Source: Eledone cirrhosa | Taxonomy: Eukaryota | Assembly (NCBI GenBank): GCA_964016885.1 | Contig: OZ024762.1 | Location: 24,738,001 to 24,802,000, forward strand | Direction of reading: 5' to 3' | DNA: 64,000 bases | Part shown: positions 13,351-25,934 of the stretch, piece by piece | How positions within the stretch are numbered: position 1 is the stretch's first letter | Layout of the letters: each line of letters opens with the position of its first letter | Notes under the pieces: generated by a model | Told to the model about the DNA's origin: nothing | Databases searched by the model: none | What the model saw: only the letters and a program-made list of their open reading frames with translations | Translations under genes and position numbers: made by a program

Positions 13351-14069
13351 TATAAAGTATGTCCATAGATTCATTTGATAATATATACACCATTTCCTCT
13401 CCAAATTAACATAATCAACCACATAAAAAATCAATTAGACCAGGCTATAAGATTAAAAGGCTACTATGAAGAAATATAAGATAAATAAACGACATCAATC
13501 TCTGCGCGGCCGACCGCCATAGAATGTTTACCCAACATTTCAACAGTACGTGGAAATCGACTAAATATACCGTCAACCATACACAATTAGGTATAAAATT
13601 AAAGTTAGAAGAAATGCGTACACACTTATCAGGATTATGTCTCTACCCTCGGGTTTCGTTCGCATTTTGAGATATCCTATTAAGGATAAAATCTCGAGCT
13701 TCGAACTCGTCAGGAAACAAACTCATAGGACAAGTAATTTTCTAAAATGATCCCCGCCAGAAACAAATTCAAAAGGGCTAAAAATCGTGACGCGGCAGTG
13801 GTCAAGTCAGAAAGAATGTGATTGGTTGCTTACGGCGAGTGGGCTGGTTGCTAGAAAGCGCAGCCCAATATTGCCCAAATTGCATCTCAACCTAATGGGA
13901 GATTATTAAATATAAAGATTTACATATACACAAACTAAACAAAGTCAAGATATATATGTTTTGGCAACCATTCACGATGTGGCTCAATGATGAATTAATA
14001 AATTAAATAATCAGATAATATACTATAAAGTATGTGCATAGAATCATTTGATAATATATATACACCATT
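13348..14069 (-). mobile_element. 673-bp non-coding monomer with about 48-bp terminal direct repeats and an internal HHR (retrozyme-like or tandem pLTR)
   Basis: DRs 13348-13394 and 14021-14069; TA arrays flank. Confidence 0.7.
13638..13719 (-). ncRNA. Type-I hammerhead ribozyme with extended helix II
   Basis: tgtttc-CTGACGA-gttcg(aagctcgagattttatccttaataggatatctcaaaatg)cgaac-GAAA-cccgaggg-TA-gagaca. Confidence 0.9.
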
Positions 14070-14085
14070 ATATATATATATATAT

Positions 14086-14360
14086 GCAGAGGTTGTATTT
14101 AATTTGTTGGGATTCAACAAGCTTAAACTTTTTTTATAACTGATATAAAATACTCAACAGATTAGTGGAGTAAATACACAATATATTAATAAATGGAAAC
14201 TATATTTATAAAGCCATATTTATTTTATTATATATATTTCAATGGCGACCAAGGTAAATTATGGTGCGCTTTCATCAGATAAAATACAGATTTATTTTAT
14301 AAATAAATATTGACATACCCGGAAAAAAGACAACCTTAACGGTTGGAGCTTCCTGGATAG
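14086..14360 (-). mobile_element. Family A mini-PLE (divergent subfamily)
   Basis: Homologous to 955-1120 and 1992-2235. Confidence 0.7.
14223..14284 (-). ncRNA. Type-I hammerhead ribozyme (family A variant)
   Basis: ttttat-CTGATGA-aagcgcacca...tggtcgccatt-GAAA-tatataTA-ataaaa. Confidence 0.75.
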
Positions 14361-14647
14361 TATATATATATATTAGTTCAATGATTAAAACGTGAATATG
14401 TGTATATATATATATATATATTAGTTCAATGGCTAAAACGTGTGTGCATACATACACACATACATATATACATATATATTTACACATACACACATACACA
14501 CACACATACATATATATTTACACACACACACATATATATATATATATTTACACAGATACACACACACATACATTATATATATATATATATTTACACACAC
14601 ACACATATATACATATACATTTACACACGCACACATATATATATATA

Positions 14648-15156
14648 TGGTGGCTGAAAACTCTGGTACAAACACTACACTTGTGACAATTATTGACACA
14701 TAGTGCTGGGCCCATGGTACCATGTGATGACAAGTGCAGAGAGATCTCCAGATATAAAGCAATGCCTGTGCCGTGAAGCTTTTATAGTGAGCAAGGGCAC
14801 TGCACAAAGCCAGTCCCACTCTCTTAACCAAGATGATATTTACCAAAAAGAAGAACAAGTCAACATCATTGGATACCATCAGGGTTGCAGGTGTTATATC
14901 AGAGTTTTCTTTCTCCTAGAATTCTGCCTTGACAAAGGCTAAGGGGTCATCTCTCCCGGTGATTTTGGATGGCCATTGACTCTTAAGAGCTCCTTTGCCC
15001 TTTGACAGGTTTTGTTTTTAGTCCTGCAGGATGTCCAAAGTCACCCTCCTCACCAAGAAAACTTGGTGGGGTTGCCAGTTTAGTCGCCAACGACCCGACC
15101 ATGAGACAGGTTGTACTGGGATACATGTTACCAGTAGCACCAACTGGTGTCCTGAC
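14648..15156 (-). mobile_element. Non-coding RTE-like element, copy 2
   Basis: Colinear with 1414-1915. Confidence 0.6.
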
Positions 15157-15275
15157 ATAAATACATATATATTTACAAACACACACACATATATTTACAC
15201 ATACACACAGACACACACACATATATATATGTATATATATATATATACTCTCGCATACATATATATATATATATA

Positions 15276-15448
15276 ACGGGATCTTCTGAGTTTCAGAAGA
15301 CCCCGTTAAGGGTGAAAGCAGCGATTCTTTGCTTAAACTTTAATCTGTTATTTTAATAAATATTTGCTCTACGGTTCTTATATATTTGATATATATTTAT
15401 CCTTATCGAGCCCTCTTTGGATTTTAGTCTTCAAATTTATTATTATTA
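15276..15448 (+). mobile_element. Family E mini-element with 14-bp 5' inversion
   Basis: Reverse complement of 19880-20039; ACGGGATCTTCTGA inverts TCAGAAGACCCCGT. Confidence 0.75.
15289..15339 (+). ncRNA. Hammerhead-like motif with variant core CAGAAGA
   Basis: agttt-CAGAAGA-cccc gttaa gggt-GAAA-gcag cgattct ttgc-TT-aaact. Confidence 0.65.
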
Positions 15449-15532
15449 CTATATATATATATATATGTATATAATTATATTGCTTAATTTGAACTTCTCA
15501 TTTTCTGTAATGTGACAATATAACATATATTT

Positions 15533-15587
<55 letters not shown>

Positions 15588-15947
15588 CTCTCGCATACAC
15601 ACACACACATATATATATATATAATTATATTGCTTAATTTGAACTTCTCATTTTCTGTAATGTGACAATATAACGAGATAGCATTATCAATTAGCATTAA
15701 TTACACATTGTTGTTTACTTTAAAACTAATTACGTTCGCTCAGTTTGTTCTTATTGATTTGTCGCTTTTAATTGTTCGATCTCACTTTATTTTGCAACAG
15801 TGATTTTTATTTTTATTCCGGAAAACTTCCCTGTAAAGCAAATAAAACCAACTTTGAGACAGTCAGACATTGGAGTTCGTCAAAATATTTCTTCACTCTT
15901 TGGTCTCTGATTGCGGATATGTGGAACATTCTCTTGGAATGTTAAAC

Positions 15948-16680
15948 CTTCTTCGTCGTCGTCTTCTTCTTTGTCTCATTCTTCTTCTTCTATATCTCGT
16001 TCTTCTTCTTCGCTTTCTTCTTCTTTATCTCATTCTTCTTCTCTTCTTCTTTGCTTCATTCTTCTCATTCTTCTTCTCTTCTTTTTCTTTGCTTCATTCT
16101 TCTCATTCTTCTCCTTCTTCTTTGACTCATTCTTCTTCTTCTTTGTCTCATTCTTCTTCTCTTCTTCTTCTTTGCTTCTTTCTTCTTCTCCTTCTTTGTC
16201 TCATTCTTATTCTCCTTCTTTGACTCATTCTTCTTTGTCTAATTCTCCTTCTTCGCCTTCTTCTTTATTCTTTGTCTCATTCTTCACCTTCTTCTCAATC
16301 TTCCTTCTCCTTCTTTGTCTCATTCTTCACCTTCTTCTTCGTCTCCTTTGTCTCATTCTTCGTCTTCTTCGCCTCCTTCGCCTTCTTCACCTTCTTCAGA
16401 GTCCTCAATCACCCCTTCCAGCGGCTCATGTCAGAAGCAACCATCTACAACTGGTACAGCTATATCCTCCAGTGAGACCAGCCGAACTTATGGATGTTAT
16501 TGAAACATCTTGCCCGAGGTTTCACCCTGTGTCTCCCGTCGGTTGGTTTTGTCCGTAAAATCTGTCCAGTCCGTAATATTGGAGCAGTAGAGGTTTTATT
16601 TGGAACGCCTCTCTGATCTCTAAACTGTGAAAATGCCAAACAGCCTAAATACCCAACGCTTCTATGATACAAATCTTTGT
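15948..16680 (-). mobile_element. Degenerate RTE-clade LINE 3' end (16398-16680) with expanded (GAA)n tail (15948-16397)
   Basis: Minus translation GQILRTKPTDGRHRVKPRARCFNNI...VASDMSRWK resembles the RTE C-terminal GxRxRGRPxxRW..I...DRxxW motif. Confidence 0.6.
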
Positions 16681-16773
16681 TTTTAAGGGCCTATATTCAT
16701 GGGAAATATTCCATTATAATTTTCTGTAAGAATATTTATTAAGTTATGTTCCAAACACGAGCTTAATAATTAT

Positions 16774-17960
16774 TTCTACTTTTGACACAAGGCCGGCAAT
16801 AATCCCAGTGCATTACTGGTACTTTATAATATCGACCCCGTAAAGATGAAAGGCAAAGTTAACCTCGGCGGGATTTGAATTCAGACCATAAAGGGCCGTA
16901 ACTCTTTGCTGCAAAGCATGGCGTCCGACCCTCTACCGATACTGCCAATCCACATTATAATGTAATGTATAATTGTTTCTATGTTTGGCACAAGGCCAGC
17001 AATTACCCCAGTGTATTACTGGTACTTTATTTTATCGACCCCCGTAAGGATGAAAGGCAAAGTTAACCTCAGCGGGATTTCAACTCAGACGATACAAGGC
17101 CGTAACTCTTTTCTGCAAAGCATTGTGTCCGACCATCTACCGATACTGCCAATCCACCACGAGCTTAATAACGAGAAAGCTTTACTAAATTCCTCCAAAA
17201 TCTTAATTATATTCTAAATGATGTGAAAATCCCAGATGTCGTTTAATAGAAATATGCTAAGGAAAGTAGTAAAGCGATTACAGTTATCTAAAATCTTTCC
17301 GTCATAATCTTCGATAAGAACCTTTACGTTATGTTAAAGAAAAAAAATTAGTTTCTGATTTAGGCACAAGGCCAACAATTTTGCGGGAATTGGCACGTCG
17401 ATTAAATCGACTCCAGTGCGTGACTGGTACTTTATTTTATCGACTCCGTAAGGATGAAAGGCAAAGTTAACCTCGGCGGGATTTCAACTCAGACCGTAAA
17501 GGGACGTAACTCTGTGCTGAAAAGCATGTTGTCCGACTCTCTACCGATACTGCCAATCCACCACATTTGAACTCAGATCGTAAAGGGCTGTATCTCTATG
17601 CTGTAAAGCATGAGGAACGGCACTCCAGGATGACCTTTGCGAGGAGTTTTCTTGAATAACCTTATAATGCTGATCTTTCTATTCGGGCATCTTATATATT
17701 GTAGTATCATAGTTGACAGAACTAGACACAAAACACACTGGTAGCGGTTGTCTGACGCTCTACCGATACTGCCAATCAACTGCCCTTTGTTTCTACGCTA
17801 GGCACAAGGCCAGCAATTTGAAGAATCGACGCCAGTGTATTGCTGGTACATTATTTTAGCGACCCCCGTAAGGATGAAAGACAAAACTTACATCGGCGAG
17901 ATTTGAATTTCACAATTTCATTTTCTCCGATGCTCTACCGATTCTGTCAACCCCGCCCCA
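16774..17960 (-). mobile_element. Cluster of about 5 Meta-core SINE copies/fragments
   Basis: Repeated ATCGACCCCGTAAGGATGAAAGGCAAAGTTAACCTCGGCGGGATTTGAACTCAG. Confidence 0.85.
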
Positions 17961-18753
17961 CCCTATTGATACCCTTAATAATAAATAGCGGGATCTGAGG
18001 AAATACGAAGCTTTATAAACTTTCAAACTTCGCCTTTAAGGCATAAATCAACATGGTGGCGCAAAAGTAGCGCATTAGTAAAATTAACACATTGCCATAA
18101 GATTCACTTTAGGTTATAATTTCAGTTGTTTTACGACTGGATGGTTCCTTCTCACTATTATGAGCAAATGGGGGTCCACGATCTGGCCTCCCTGTGACCC
18201 CCGGGCGACAAAATACAGGAGGCGTTTCCCCCAAAGATTGGCGAAGCCCATGAGTCATCTTGTAATAGTTTTTTCATTTCCTCTCTCTCCCTCGCTCACT
18301 TGCTCTCTCGCTTTCTAGCTCCCGCTCCCTTTCTCTCTCGCACCCCCACTCCCTACTCCCCCCTCCCCGTTCCTTTCTATCTCTCTAAATCTCTCTCTCT
18401 CTCTCCGTACCCCACGCTCTCTCTGAAAAAGTAATTCATGCTCAGGTGGTTCATACTTGCTGGGAGCCAATTCTGTACTGATGATGCTGAGCAAGGAGTT
18501 GGCCCTAGGGCCAATGGTCAAGGACACCAGAAGTCTCCGCTGCGACAGGCTCCATCGCAAACCTGTCAGAGATCTTTATGTTTGTTATGCTTGTAAGTAT
18601 ATATTGAGGTGGTGCGTGACTGCTGCTCCAACTTGTATATCTTTATATATCAGTGACTAATCGGAAAAAGCGGAAATAATGATTAGAAGATGTTTGCGAT
18701 TTGATGGGAATATATTGTGTATTCTGTTTGATGAGGTATGTTATGTAATGATG

Positions 18754-18833
<80 letters not shown>

Positions 18834-18982
18834 AGTAAATAAATAAATGTAAATTGGTAAATAATCAAATAAATATAAACAGAGTGAGAGACAGATATAT
18901 ATATATATATACATATATATATGTATATATATACATATATATACATATATATATATACATATACACACACACATATATATAT

Positions 18983-19101
<119 letters not shown>

Positions 19102-19137
19102 GACGGAGAGAGACACAGACACGCGCACACATATATA

Positions 19138-19182
<45 letters not shown>

Positions 19183-19846
19183 TAGTGAGAGACATATATA
19201 TATGTGAGAGAAAGGGAGAGAGAGAGAGAGAGAGAGAGATAGACACACCGACAAAAGGAGAGAAACCAACACACACAGTAAAACACAACAAACACAATAA
19301 AACACACACACACACAATAAAACACACACATCCAGTAAAACACATACACACCCAGTCAATCACACACACACAAACAATGAACTACACAGTCAGACAAATG
19401 AAATCCTAAGAAGAGACATCTCACTAACAGATTAAACAGATAACGCAGAATCACGTGAGAGGTAATTTGGTTTATTTTTAGACTTCAAAGTAAACAAATA
19501 TTTTAATAAATCGATATTGCTTTATCGACTTCAATGTATCCATAACACTGTATCGATAATACATTATTGATAATACAATATCGATCATGTTATTTTCTTT
19601 CAAACGTATTTTTGTTGGATTTTATAAATTCACAACAAAGCACATACATACATACATACATACATACACATATATATATATATATACACACACATACATA
19701 TACATACATATATATATACACATACATATATATATATATATACATACAAATATATACACATACATATATACATACTACATATACACATACTACATATACA
19801 CATACATATATATATATACACATACATATATACATACTACATATAC

Positions 19847-19879
<33 letters not shown>

Positions 19880-20470
19880 GTAATAATAATAAATTGAAGA
19901 CTAAAATCCAAAGAGGGCTCGATAAGGATAAATATATATCAAATATATAAGAACCGTAGAGCAAATATTTATTAAAATAACAGATTAAAGTTTAAGCAAA
20001 GAATCGCTGCTTTCACCCTTAACGGGATCTTCTGAAACTAACAAAGTCAATCTGTAAACGCAGAACTGGATATTTCAAAAAACGTTGCAACCGGAGGAAG
20101 ATAGGAAGACGATACTTTGGTTCGTGGTAACGTTCGCTGGCTAAGAACGGGAAAAGACGAATATAATACGTCATTAATAGGAGCGGTGAAAAACAATTAC
20201 GCGCAAAGACAGAACCACGTTTATGGTATAATAGAGGTCATAGACTAATGTTCTCTTAGGTGGTTCATAGAGACGTTCTCTGGCGATGAACGAAAAAAAC
20301 GAAGATAATACGTCATATGTGGAGCGTAGAGAACAATAGCACGCAAAGACAAAACCACGTAAATGGTATAGCAGAAATCGTAGACTAAAATTCTAACTAG
20401 GAGACCAAATGAATCTCCGCTACAGAGTTAAGAACAAAGTAAATAAATACAATACAGAAGTAATAGAAAT
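19880..20470 (-). mobile_element. Family E element, longer copy with internal duplication of about 142 bp
   Basis: Matches 15289-15448; duplicated block 20157-20265 / 20298-20403. Confidence 0.7.
19989..20039 (-). ncRNA. Hammerhead-like motif with variant core CAGAAGA (second copy)
   Basis: agttt-CAGAAGA-tcccgttaagggt-GAAA-gcagcgattctttgc-TT-aaact. Confidence 0.65.
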
Positions 20471-20995
20471 AAATTGGGTGTATTATTTCATATGAGATAT
20501 ATCAAATATATCCCTTCCCAAATATATCCCTTCTATATATATATATACAATTTAAGCTTGTTGAATCCCAACAAATTAAATATAACTTTTGCCTATATAT
20601 ATATATATTTATTTTATCTTGTACATTTGCTTACCACGTGTGTTTGTTTATTTATTTTTATTTGTGCCTTTCTCCTCTTTCGTATCGCTGGCAACTTAAT
20701 AATTTTTTTATTACCTTATTTTTTATTTTTTATATTTGGCTTTACTTTGATTTTATGTATATGTATTTTGTTTGTTTATTGATTTTTTTAATTCTTATAA
20801 TTATATGTGGTGTATATATATATAGAGATAGATAGATAGATAGATAGATAAATATACACGGATGTGTATGATTGTGTATAGAAGATAATAAAAGGAATTC
20901 CAACTTTGTCTGATTTACTCGTTTTATTTAGAATCCTTTAAAATTTAGTATTAGAATGAAATAGTATGGTAGAATATTAAATATTAAGTGTTAAT

Positions 20996-21034
20996 TGAAC
21001 AAGTACTTTCATGCTTTCGCAATCTTCAGGTTCA
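20996..21034 (-). ncRNA. Minimal type-I hammerhead ribozyme
   Basis: tgaac-CTGAAGA-ttgc gaaa gcat-GAAA-gtac-TT-gttca; palindromic AGTACT helix III. Confidence 0.85.
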
Positions 21035-21098
21035 TAATGTGTGGTGACAGTCAAGTTCGCAATTTGAAAATTGCAAACTTGACTGTCACCACAGAATG

Positions 21099-21137
21099 TG
21101 AACCTGAAGATTGCGAAAGCATGAAAGTACTTTTTCA
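21099..21137 (+). ncRNA. Minimal type-I hammerhead ribozyme (one helix-I mismatch)
   Basis: tgaacCTGAAGAttgcgaaagcatGAAAgtacTTtttca. Confidence 0.75.
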
Positions 21138-21249
21138 ATTAACACTTAATATTTAATATTCTACCATACTATTTCATTCTAATACCATTATATATTTTAG
21201 AGGATTGTAAATAAAACGAGTAAATCAGACAAAGTTGGAATTCCTTTTA

Positions 21250-21316
<67 letters not shown>

Positions 21317-21475
21317 ATGTATGTGTCTATATGTGTGTATGTATGTGGGTGTGTGTGTATATATATGTATCGCCTTGACCGACCAATCTGTCGGGTGCCA
21401 ATCGGCGCCGCTGGTCACAGCACGTCGTGCTCTTTTGGCCATAAGATAACGCCATCCCTCTGGCTGGGCTGGCAG

Positions 21476-21517
<42 letters not shown>

Positions 21518-21526
21518 ATATGTATG

Positions 21527-21563
<37 letters not shown>

Positions 21564-21592
21564 TTGTGTATTTATGCGTATGTGTATATATG

Positions 21593-21623
<31 letters not shown>

Positions 21624-21640
21624 GTGTGTGTATATGTATG

Positions 21641-21701
<61 letters not shown>

Positions 21702-21710
21702 ATATGTATG

Positions 21711-21741
<31 letters not shown>

Positions 21742-21782
21742 GTGCTTGTGTATTTATGCGTATGTGTATATATGTATATATA

Positions 21783-21849
<67 letters not shown>

Positions 21850-22009
21850 CATGTTATATATACCTCTATATACTGTATATATATATAGATCTATATACTG
21901 TTATATATACCTCTAAACTGTATATATACCTCTATATACTGTATATACATATATCTCCTTATTACATGTTATATATACCTCTATATAGTGTATATGAATC
22001 GAAAGAACA

Positions 22010-22140
22010 TCGTATAGAATGCTTTATACTATTCGTTCCGACTCTCTGTTCTCGGAGTTCAAATCCCGCCGAGGTCACCTTTGCTTTTATCCTTCTAAGG
22101 TCGATAAATAAAGTACCAGTCAAGTACTAGGGTCGATTAT
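22010..22140 (+). mobile_element. Meta-core SINE
   Basis: GTTCAAATCCCGCCGAGGTCACCTTTGC...GTCGATAAATAAAGTACCAG. Confidence 0.8.
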
Positions 22141-22211
22141 TCCTCTATATCTATTTCTCATTTCCTCTGTCTTTCACTTGCTATCTTTCTCTGGAAGAAA
22201 TCTGCTGTAGT

Positions 22212-23445
22212 CAGACCAGGAGGCGGTGGGCTCCGCCAGGTTAGGCCTGGAGGGGGATGGGCTCCGCCAGGTCAGGCCTGGAGAAGGATGGGCTCCGCCA
22301 GGTCAGGCCTGGAGAGGGATGGGCTCCGCCAGGTCAGACCAGGAGAGGGATGGGCTCTAGCAGGTCAGGCCAGGAGAGGGGTGGGCTCCGCCAGGTCAGA
22401 CCAGGAGAGGGATGGGCTCCGCCAGGTCAGACCAGGAGAGGGATGGGCTCTAGCAGGTCAGGCCAGGAGAGGGGTGGGCTCCACCAGGTCAAACCAGGAG
22501 GGGGATGGGCTCTAGCAGGTCAGGCCAGGAGAGGGATGGGCTCCGCCAGGTCAGACCAGGAGAGGGATGGGCTCCGCCAGGTCAGACCAGGAGAGGGATG
22601 GGCTCTAGCAGGTCAGGCCAGGAGAGGGGTGGGCTCCACCAGGTCAAACCAGGAGGCGGTGGGCTCCGCCAGGTCAGGCCTGGAGAGGGGTGGGCTCCGC
22701 CAGGTCAGACCAGGAGAGGGATGGGCTCTAGCAGGTCAGGCCAGGAGAGGGGTGGGCTCCACCAGGTCAAACCAGGAGGGGGATGGGCTCTAGCAGGTCA
22801 GGCCAGGAGAGGGATGGGCTCCACCAGGTCAGGCCAGGAGAGGGTTGGGCTCCACCAGGTCAGGCCAGGAGAGGGATGGGCTCCACCAGGTCAGGCCAGG
22901 AGAGGGATGGGCTCCACTAGGTCAGGCCAGGAGAGGGTTGGGCTCCACCAGGTCAGGCCAGGAGAGGGTTGGGCTCCACCAGGTCAGTCCAGGAGAGGGA
23001 TGGGCTCCACCAGGTCAGGCCAGGAGAGGGATGGGCTCCACCAGGTCAGGCCAGGAGAGGGATGGGCTCCACCAGGTCAGGCCAGGAGAGGGATGGGCTC
23101 CACCAGGTCAGACCTGGAGAGGGATGGGCTCCACCAGGTCAGGCCAGGAGAGGGATGGGCTCCACCAGATCAGGCCAGGAGAGGGATGGGCTCCACTAGG
23201 TCAGACCTGGAGAGGGATGGGCTCCACCAGGTCAGGCCTGGAGAGGGATGGGCTCCATCAGGTCAGGCCAGGAGAGGGATGGGCTCCACCAGATCAGGCC
23301 AAGAGAGGGATGGGCTCCACCAGGTCAAGCCAGAAGGATGGGCTCCGCCAGGTCAGGCCAGGAGGGGATGGGCTCCACCAAGTCAGGCCAGGAGAGGGAT
23401 GGGCTCCACCAAGTCAGGCCTGGAGAGGGATGGGCCCCATCAGGC
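22212..23445 (+). repeat. 31-bp G-rich minisatellite, about 40 copies
   Basis: Unit GGAGAGGGATGGGCTCCACCAGGTCAGGCCA. Confidence 0.95.
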
Positions 23446-23721
23446 TTAAAATGCCCAATAAACGCCGTATGTCAATAGGGCGCCCCTACGACTCTTTCAG
23501 GAGTTACGAGACCCTACATACATACTGTATTTATATGTATCACTCATTACTATATTTACATATATACACATGACGGAGATTCAGTGGGACACGGAATATG
23601 ACCAGGTCAGTCTATTTTAATTGTAGGCACAGTCCATCATATGGCTCTTCGTCACCTCAGTTTCTCCTCTTACAAGACATGGAACGACCCGAGTCTGTAG
23701 TAAATGATATTTGCTCCAGTG

Positions 23722-25592
23722 ATGATAGTGGTGGCGGTGGTATAGATGGTGACGGTGTGGTGGCGGTGATGGTATAGATGGTGACGGTGGTGCTGATAGT
23801 GGTGGCGGTGGTGTAGATGGTGACGGTGTGGTGGTGGTGGTGGTGGCGGTGGTATAGATGGTGACGGTGTGGTGGTGGTGGTGGTGATGGTATAGATGGT
23901 GACGGTGGTGCTGATAGTGGTGGCGGTGGTATAGATGGTGACGGTGTGGTGGTGGTGGCGGTGATGGTATAGATGGTGACGGTGGTGCTGATAGTGGTGG
24001 CGGTGGTGTAGATGGTGACGGTGTGGTGGTGGTGGCGGTGATGGTATAGATGGTGACGGTGGTGCTGATAGTGGTGGCGGTGGTGTAGATGGTGACGGTG
24101 TGGTGGTGGTGGCGGTGATGGTATAGATGGTGACGGTGGTGCTGATAGTGGTGGCGGTGGTATAGATGGTGACGGTGTGGTGGTGGTGGTGGTGCTATAG
24201 ATGGTGACGGTGGTGCTGATAGTGGTGGCGGTGGTATAGATGGTGACGGTGTGGTGGTGGTGGTGGTGGTGGTGGTATAGATGGTGACGGTGGTGCTGAT
24301 AGTGGTGGCGGGGGTATAGATGGTGACGGTGTCGTGGTGGTGGTATAGATGGTGACGGTGGTGCTGATAGTGGTGGCGGTGGTATAGATGGTGACGGTGT
24401 GGTGGTGGTGGTGGTGGTATAGATGGTGACGGTGTGGTGGTGGTGGTGGTGGTGGTGGTATAGATGGTGACGGTGGTGCTGATAGTGGTGGCGGGGGTAT
24501 AGATGGTGACGGTGTGGTGGTGGTGGTGGTGGTATAGATGGTGACGGTGGTGCTGATAGTGGTGGCGGGGGTATAGATGGTGACGGTGTGGTGGTGGTGG
24601 TGGTGGTATAGATGGTGACGGTGGTGCTGATAGTGGTGGCGGTGGTATAGATGGTGACGGTGTGGTGGTGGTGGTGGTGGTGGTGGTATAGATGGTGACG
24701 GTGTGGTGGTGGTGGTGGTGGTGGTGGTATAGATGGTGACGGTGTGGTGGTGGTGGTGGTGGTGGTGGTATAGATGGTGACGGTGTGGTGGTGGTGGTGG
24801 TGGCGGTGGTATAGATGGTGACGGTGTGGTGGTGGTGGTGGTGGCGGTGGTATAGATGGTGACGGTGTGGTGGTGGTGGTGGTGGCGGGGGTATAGATGG
24901 TGACGGTGTGGTGGTGGTGGTGGTGGTGGTATAGATGGTGACGGTGTGGTGGTGGTGGCGGTGGTATAGATGGTGACGGTGTGGTGGTGGTGGCGGGGGT
25001 ATAGATGGTGACGGTGTGGTGGTGGTGGTATAGATGGTGACGGTGTGGTGGTGGTGGCGGTGATGGTATAGATGGTGACGGTGGTGCTGATAGTGGTGGC
25101 GGTGGTGTAGATGGTGACGGTGTGGTGGTGGTGGTGGTGCTATAGATGGTGACGGTGGTGCTGATAGTGGTGGCGGTGGTGTAGATGGTGACGGTGTGGT
25201 GGTGGTGGTGGTGGTGGTGGTATAGATGGTGACGGTGGTGCTGATAGTGGTGGCGGTGGTGTAGATGGTGACGGTGTGGTGGTGGTGGTGGTGGTGGTGG
25301 TATAGATGGTGACGGTGGTGCTGATAGTGGTGGCGGTGGTATAGATGGTGACGGTGTGGTGGTGGTGGTGGTGCTATAGATGGTGACGGTGGTGCTGATA
25401 GTGGTGGCGGTGGTGTAGATGGTGACGGTGTGGTGGTGGTGGCGGTGATGGTATAGATGGTGACGGTGGTGCTGATAGTGGTGGCGGTGGTGTAGATGGT
25501 GACGGTGTGGTGGTGGTGGCGGTGATGGTATAGATGGTGACGGTGGTGCTGATAGTGGTGGCGGTGGTGTAGATGGTGACGGTGGTGGTGGT
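23722..25592. repeat. (GGT)n-based composite minisatellite with GTATAGATGGTGACGGT anchor
   Basis: Direct inspection; bracketed by 93-bp direct repeats. Confidence 0.95.
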
Positions 25593-25756
25593 AATGGCAC
25601 AGTCCATCATATGGCTTTACGTCACCTCAGTTTCTCCTCTGACAAGACATGGAACGACCCGAGTCTGTAGTAAATGATATTTACTCCACGTGCTATGTAG
25701 TAAGATCGAAACTATATCCGTTGCATGCGAGTTACATAAAAGTCAAGTAAATGTTT

Positions 25757-25922
25757 TACGGCATAGAGTTGCGACCCTTTACGTCCTAAGTTCAAATCCC
25801 GCCGAGGATAACTTTGCCTTTCATCCTTACGGGGTCGATAAAATAAAGTACCAGTAATGTACTGGTGCGATTTAATCAATCTACCTTCCTCCCTGAAATT
25901 GCTGACCTCGTGCCTAAATCAA
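25757..25922 (+). mobile_element. Meta-core SINE
   Basis: Core plus 3' AAATTGCTGACCTCGTGCC tail. Confidence 0.85.
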
Positions 25923-25934
25923 GGTGTGCGTAGA

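Larger units (their letters stand above)
20886..21252. mobile_element. Family F fold-back palindrome (arms of about 180 bp) with two HHRs
   Basis: Inverted about GCAATTTGAAAATTGC at 21059-21074. Confidence 0.85.

Noticed and set aside
16399-16475. Apparent plus-strand terminal exon (VLNHPFQRL...)
   Set aside because: Better explained as the antisense of an RTE 3' end whose GAA tail mimics a polypyrimidine tract
18445-18591. AG...GTAAGT-bounded exon-like segment
   Set aside because: Two open frames, no recognisable protein and no partner exons; needs RNA-seq
22257-23573. Repetitive ORFs (GEGWAPPGQ...)
   Set aside because: The 31-bp unit is not a multiple of 3 and all frames give the same peptide; minisatellite
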